This document shows, in pieces, positions 59,481 to 64,000 of a DNA stretch of 64,000 bases (position 1 is its first letter; the number at the start of each line of letters is the position of its first letter). The DNA is taken from positions 1,504,001-1,568,000 of the forward strand of contig OY781089.1 of the NCBI GenBank assembly GCA_963676565.1. Reading direction: 5' to 3'. The position numbers were made by a program, and so were the translations under genes. Source of the stretch: Halarcobacter sp. Its GTDB lineage: Bacteria > Campylobacterota > Campylobacteria > Campylobacterales > Arcobacteraceae. The notes under the pieces were generated by a model. It was not told the origin of the DNA, did not search any database, and saw only the letters and a program-made list of their open reading frames with translations.

Positions 59481-60950
59481 TTATATCTTTTTCCCTCTTA
59501 AATTTATCATATTCTCATTTAGTTCATTAGTTTTCATTCTGTAAGTCCAGTTCCCTTTTGCAACACCTGGTATATTCATTCTATAATTTTCATCAAGTAA
59601 CAAAATATCTTGAATTGATATAACAGAAATTTTTGATTTTGTTTCTATTAAAGTTTCAATTAGGGCATTTTCAAACTCATCCATAGAGTTTATATTTAAA
59701 GCTGATAATATTCTATTTATTTCCTCTTTATCATCTCTATGTAAAAGCTCATTTTTCCAACCAATCAAAGTATTATTATCATGGGTTCCAATATATGAAA
59801 TAGAGTTTTCTTCACAGTTTTCAGGTAAATAAGGATTGTCTTCATTTCCATCATAGGCAAAGGCTAAGATTTTCATTCCAGGTAGTTTATACTTTTCTCT
59901 TAAGGCATTTACTTCTGGCGTTATTTCCCCTAAGTCTTCCGCTATAATTGGCAGGTTTTCTCCTAATTCCTCTTTTAGTCTTTGAAATAGTTCATCCCCA
60001 TAACATTTTTCCCACCAGCCATTTATTGCTGTTTCATCTTCTCTAGGAATTACCCAAAAACTTTCAAGTCCTCTAAAGTGGTCAATTCTAACTAAGTCAA
60101 AAAGTTCTAAACTATATTTTACCCTTTGTGTCCACCAAGAGAGAACATTTTCTTTGTTGTTCTCCCAATCATAAACAGGATTACCCCATGATTGTCCATC
60201 TTCACTAAAATAATCAGGTGGAACACCAGCTTTTAGTTTTGGCTGCATATCTGTATCTAATAGAAAAATCTCTTGGTCTCCCCAAACATCAGAACTATTT
60301 TTTGATACATAAATAGGAAGATCACCAAATATTTTTACACCTTTGCTATTTGCGTAGTTTTTTAGTTTCATATATTGTTTGAAAAATACATATTGGGTAA
60401 ACTTATGATAGTTTAATTCATTTTTTTCTTCTATGATATCTTGTATTATAGGATTAGTAAGCTCTTTTTTTGCAATATCTATTGGCCAGTTGTAAAAAAG
60501 TTTTTCATCAAGTTTTTCTTGTAGTGTTAAAAATAAAGCATAGTCATCTAGCCAAAATCTATTTTGTTCTGTAAAGTTTTGAAAATCTTCATCTAAATTT
60601 GTTTTTGAAAATATTTTTCTTAAAAGTGTTTTTTTATACCCTAAGGTCTCTTCGCTTTCAAAACTATCATCTTCTTTTCTTTTTAGATTATCTAGTTCCT
60701 CTTTTGAAATAAATTTATTTTCAAGGAACTCTTCAAAATCGATAAATGATAAGTTTCCTGCAAAGGAGCAAACTGATGAGTAGGGTGAATGATCATTTTC
60801 AGTTGGATTAATTGGCAAAATTTGCCATATAGTAATATCGTTTTTTGAAAGAATATCAATAAATTGATAACTTTCACGTCCTAATGTTCCGATAACATAA
60901 TCATTTGGTAATGATGAGATGTGTGCTAAAATTCCAATTTCTTTTTTCAT
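59481..60950 (-). CDS. malQ: 4-alpha-glucanotransferase (GH77)
   Basis: WQILPINP, SPYSS, GDLPIYV, GVPPDYFS, RIDHFRG, AEDLG, GTHDN. Confidence 0.95.
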   Translation of the reverse strand: MKKEIGILAHISSLPNDYVIGTLGRESYQFIDILSKNDITIWQILPINPTENDHSPYSSVCSFAGNLSFIDFEEFLENKFISKEELDNLKRKEDDSFESEETLGYKKTLLRKIFSKTNLDEDFQNFTEQNRFWLDDYALFLTLQEKLDEKLFYNWPIDIAKKELTNPIIQDIIEEKNELNYHKFTQYVFFKQYMKLKNYANSKGVKIFGDLPIYVSKNSSDVWGDQEIFLLDTDMQPKLKAGVPPDYFSEDGQSWGNPVYDWENNKENVLSWWTQRVKYSLELFDLVRIDHFRGLESFWVIPREDETAINGWWEKCYGDELFQRLKEELGENLPIIAEDLGEITPEVNALREKYKLPGMKILAFAYDGNEDNPYLPENCEENSISYIGTHDNNTLIGWKNELLHRDDKEEINRILSALNINSMDEFENALIETLIETKSKISVISIQDILLLDENYRMNIPGVAKGNWTYRMKTNELNENMINLRGKKI

Positions 60951-60986
60951 ATAATACCTTTGATGGTATTATATGATTTTTTTGTT

Positions 60987-61628
60987 TTATAATTCTGATT
61001 CAATTAGTTTTTTTAGAGGTTCAAAGCCAAATTTTTGTAAAGGTTTACCATTTACTATATAGCCAGGTGTCTTTGTAACCCCCAATTTTTCAGCATCTGC
61101 TAGATCTTGTTTTACTATTTCATCACCTTTTGAACTATTCATAAATTCTCCAAGTTTTTCCATATCTAAACCTTTAACATTTGGAAGTAAATTCCAAAGC
61201 ATATTAGCTTGAACTTCATGATGTTTAATCCATTGTCTTTGCGTTGCAAACATAAATTCTAATGTTTCTATAAATTTACCTTGCTCTCTTGCTCCTTCAA
61301 GCATTTTTACTGCGTAATGAGAATTTTTGTGAAAAGGTGCATATCTAAGTACTATTTTAACATCACCATTATATTTTGTTAACAAAGTTTTTGTTAGATG
61401 ATGAAATTGGGCACAAGTTCCACAAGCTGGGTCAAAGAATTCAACTAATTGAACCTTTGCATCTTTATTACCAATTACATATGAGTAAGGCCTTTGAAAC
61501 AATAAAGCTTGCTCTTTTGCTAAAGCAACACTTTGTTCTGACTGGGCATTTTTATAAAAGTATGCTCCTCCAAAAAAAGCAATTATTAAAACTGCTATTG
61601 AAATAAAAACTAAATTCTTATTTTGCAT
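60987..61628 (-). CDS. dsbA: DsbA-family thiol:disulfide oxidoreductase
   Basis: N-terminal anchor, EFFDPACGTC, GVTKTP cis-Pro. Confidence 0.85.
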   Translation of the reverse strand: MQNKNLVFISIAVLIIAFFGGAYFYKNAQSEQSVALAKEQALLFQRPYSYVIGNKDAKVQLVEFFDPACGTCAQFHHLTKTLLTKYNGDVKIVLRYAPFHKNSHYAVKMLEGAREQGKFIETLEFMFATQRQWIKHHEVQANMLWNLLPNVKGLDMEKLGEFMNSSKGDEIVKQDLADAEKLGVTKTPGYIVNGKPLQKFGFEPLKKLIESEL

Positions 61629-61652
61629 ATATTCTCCAAGTTTTTTTTATTT

Positions 61653-62069
61653 TTATTTTTTCATTGATATTAATAATATAAAAATTGCTAAGTATGATAC
61701 CATAGATAAAAGTGGAATTGTAACAAATCCAAACCAGTTTATATATTCAGTTGAACAAGGTACTCCGCTAGCACAAGGAACAGCTGATTCTGGAATGATA
61801 CCAAACATCAAAAGGTTATGATAAATTGATATAAGTAAGCCTATAAAAACTAAAGTAAAAGCATATTTAAATACTTTGTCATCAGGGTATAATAGATTAA
61901 CTAAAAATATAAAAACAAGTGGGTACATAAAAATTCTTTGATACCAACACATATTGCATGGAATAAATTGCATTATCTCACTAAAAAATAAACTTCCTAA
62001 TGTAGCAGTTGTTGCAATCAAAAAACATAAAAAAATGATTTTTGAATTTACCTTTGTATTAACGTCCAT
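61653..62069 (-). CDS. dsbB: disulfide bond formation protein DsbB/BdbC
   Basis: GSLFFSE, PCNMCWYQR, second Cys pair. Confidence 0.9.
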   Translation of the reverse strand: MDVNTKVNSKIIFLCFLIATTATLGSLFFSEIMQFIPCNMCWYQRIFMYPLVFIFLVNLLYPDDKVFKYAFTLVFIGLLISIYHNLLMFGIIPESAVPCASGVPCSTEYINWFGFVTIPLLSMVSYLAIFILLISMKK

Positions 62070-62400
62070 ATCTAACCTCTTTAAAATAAATGAATGCTCA
62101 TAATACTGAAAAAATCTAAATAAAAAGTTAATGTAAAATTAAAAAAATATGTTAAAATATTATATATAATCTAGTTGTCAAACTAACAATTAACGAAGAA
62201 TATAATTTGTTCTTATAATTTTAAAATCATATTTATTTTAAAAGATAAAAAGAAAAACAGATTTTAAACTCTTTGAAATATAGTTTTAGAAGTTAAAGTT
62301 ATATTAAATCTTTTTACATAGCTAAAATCAAATATAAAATATATATTATTTAAAAGCTATTTTTTTAATAAAAATAATTTTCTATTTATTTAGATATTTT

Positions 62401-63546
62401 TTAGTTAAATGCTTTAAATCTATTTCTATTAAAGAAGACAAATAAAAATGCAAAAACTAATAATCCTAAAAACATATAAATTGTAAAATCCCATCCTAGT
62501 TTTGCATAAACAATTGAAGGTATGATAGAACCAACTGCCCCACCTAAATAGTAAAAGCTTAGATACATTCCTGATGTTAAAGCTTTTTGTGAAGCTTTTA
62601 AGGAGTTTGCAATTCTAGTTGAGAGAGTATGAATAGTGAACATCCCAATACAAAATAAGAAAACTAGTGAAAATAAAAATAAAGGTTTAGTTGAAAGAAA
62701 CATACTTGTTGAGATTATAAATAAAAGTATACCAGCCATAATTGCTCTCAACTCTTTTTTAAAAAAGTTTACAATTTTATGTATAAATAAAGATATTAAT
62801 ATACCCATTCCATACCCTAAATATAAAAGCCCAACTTGTGTTTCACTAACATTTGGATCAAGTTCTTTTACCCTAAAAGGAAGGATGTTTAAAAGCCCTG
62901 CAAAAACAAAAAAGATAATAAACATTTGTAAATAGATTATTACAAATCTTTTGTCTTTTAAGATATTTACAATATCTTGAAGTTTTGGTTTAACTAAATT
63001 TGCATCATCTTCAAAATTTAGTGATTTTATAAAATAAAGACTAAATAATAAAGCCAATGATAATGAAAAGAAAACTATTCTCCAACCAAACTCTTCTGCA
63101 ATAAATCCTGAAAAGACTCTTCCAACTAAGCCACCAAAAACAGTTGCAGCAACATAAATTGACATGTTTAATTTTGTATTTTCTTTATCTTTTGCAAGTA
63201 TTGCCATACATCCAGTTAAAATTGCTGGAATTACAATGGCTTCAATGGTTCTTATAGTTAAAAAAAGTTCATAGTTATTTACAAAACCTAAAATTAAATT
63301 TGTAATTAGTAGTATTGAAGAGGCAATTAGAAGTACAGTTTTTATTTTGACTGACTCAAGAATATATCCATAAAAAATTGGTGAAATTGCTAAAAAAAGC
63401 ATTATTACAGCAGTAAAAGATGACGCTTTTACAATAGATACATCAAACTCATTTGATAAAAGTGGTTGTAAAGGTTGTGTTGCATACATAACTGATAGGA
63501 GGATTGTTATAGTATATATAATTATAAAAAGTTCTTTTTTCTTCAT
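62401..63546 (-). CDS. MFS transporter (YnfM-like)
   Basis: YATQPLQP, GGLVGR, YLSFYYLGG; 12 TM. Confidence 0.85.
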   Translation of the reverse strand: MKKKELFIIIYTITILLSVMYATQPLQPLLSNEFDVSIVKASSFTAVIMLFLAISPIFYGYILESVKIKTVLLIASSILLITNLILGFVNNYELFLTIRTIEAIVIPAILTGCMAILAKDKENTKLNMSIYVAATVFGGLVGRVFSGFIAEEFGWRIVFFSLSLALLFSLYFIKSLNFEDDANLVKPKLQDIVNILKDKRFVIIYLQMFIIFFVFAGLLNILPFRVKELDPNVSETQVGLLYLGYGMGILISLFIHKIVNFFKKELRAIMAGILLFIISTSMFLSTKPLFLFSLVFLFCIGMFTIHTLSTRIANSLKASQKALTSGMYLSFYYLGGAVGSIIPSIVYAKLGWDFTIYMFLGLLVFAFLFVFFNRNRFKAFN

Positions 63547-63603
63547 TATGGAACTATAACAATATTTTCCTAAAAGTGTATATTAAGTTTTTAACTAGTT
63601 ATT

Positions 63604-63951
63604 TTAAAAAACTGCTGCTCCACTTGCCCCCATAACTTCTTTTGCATCATCACTCATCATACTAGGATCCCAAGGTGGATCAAAAGTAAGTTTTACATAG
63701 GCTTCATCAATTTCAGGAACTCCAGAAGTAGCATATTGTACTTGTTCAACAAGTGATTCTGCAACTGGACATGCAGGTGAAGTTAATGTCATCTCTACAT
63801 TTGCATATAGATAGTTTCCATTTTCTTCAAATGTAACACTATATATCAATCCCAAATCATAAATATTTGCAGGAATCTCTGGGTCATAAATATTTCTATA
63901 TCTTTTTTCTAATTCTTCTTTTAATTTTTTTTCTAATTCTTCATTTAACAT
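63604..63951 (-). CDS. DUF59/SufT-like Fe-S cluster assembly protein
   Basis: DPEIPANIYDLGLIY, MTLTSPACP, FDPPW. Confidence 0.9.
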   Translation of the reverse strand: MLNEELEKKLKEELEKRYRNIYDPEIPANIYDLGLIYSVTFEENGNYLYANVEMTLTSPACPVAESLVEQVQYATSGVPEIDEAYVKLTFDPPWDPSMMSDDAKEVMGASGAAVF

Positions 63952-63968
63952 CTTAAGTCCTCTTATAT

Positions 63969-64000
63969 TTAAGAGTTTGCATACTCTTTTATCTTTTTTA
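63969..64000 (-). CDS. 3' end of an upstream gene (partial, ...KKIKEYANS*); SufE-like by context only
   Basis: Short open frame running off the window edge, ending before the DUF59 SD. Confidence 0.3.
   Translation of the reverse strand, partial: KKIKEYANS

Noticed and set aside
62070..62400. 330-bp extremely AT-rich intergenic gap
   Set aside because: No credible SD-led ORF, repeat or stable structure found by eye
2832..62935. Short antisense or out-of-frame ORFs in the track (e.g. 2832-3377, 6236-6547, 11065-11412, 35497-35799, 46462-46731, 53527-53859, 62636-62935)
   Set aside because: They lie within or opposite well-supported genes and show no recognisable motifs; shadow ORFs
1..64000. 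CRISPR arrays, IS elements, rRNA
   Set aside because: No regularly spaced repeats, transposase ORFs or rRNA-like sequence seen

Overview
AT-rich bacterial chromosomal segment, most likely Campylobacterota/Arcobacteraceae (inferred from the stand-alone atpE with a signal-like extension, several H-box 'IAHQWRQPL' kinases and TATAAT-dominated promoters). It is densely coding: two peptide/nickel-type ABC operons, a SulP/DauA transporter, tRNA-Leu(GAG), metal homeostasis genes (mntP, RcnR-family regulator with dmeF, a Fur/Zur-like regulator, znuA, a DUF1007-RcnA fusion), five histidine kinases, an MCP, two nhaA paralogs, two PLP transsulfuration enzymes, selO, a TetR-RND efflux operon, malQ and dsbBA. 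Highlights: (1) an intact phage-type family-B DNA polymerase with no phage context, overlapping an EamA transporter gene; (2) an identical double TGCAA-N5-TTGCA operator/promoter layout linking znuA and a NikA-type ABC operon into a probable Zur-like regulon; (3) an unannotated 25-aa membrane microprotein behind an nhaA-RR-HK operon, with shared direct-repeat boxes; (4) a TIGR01212 radical SAM-MnmC methyltransferase fusion; (5) a decayed duplicate of the tRNA-Leu 3' end that bounds a one-gene islet and supplies the last codons of SulP; (6) several probably leaderless genes. All calls come from reading motifs by eye; no searches were run.
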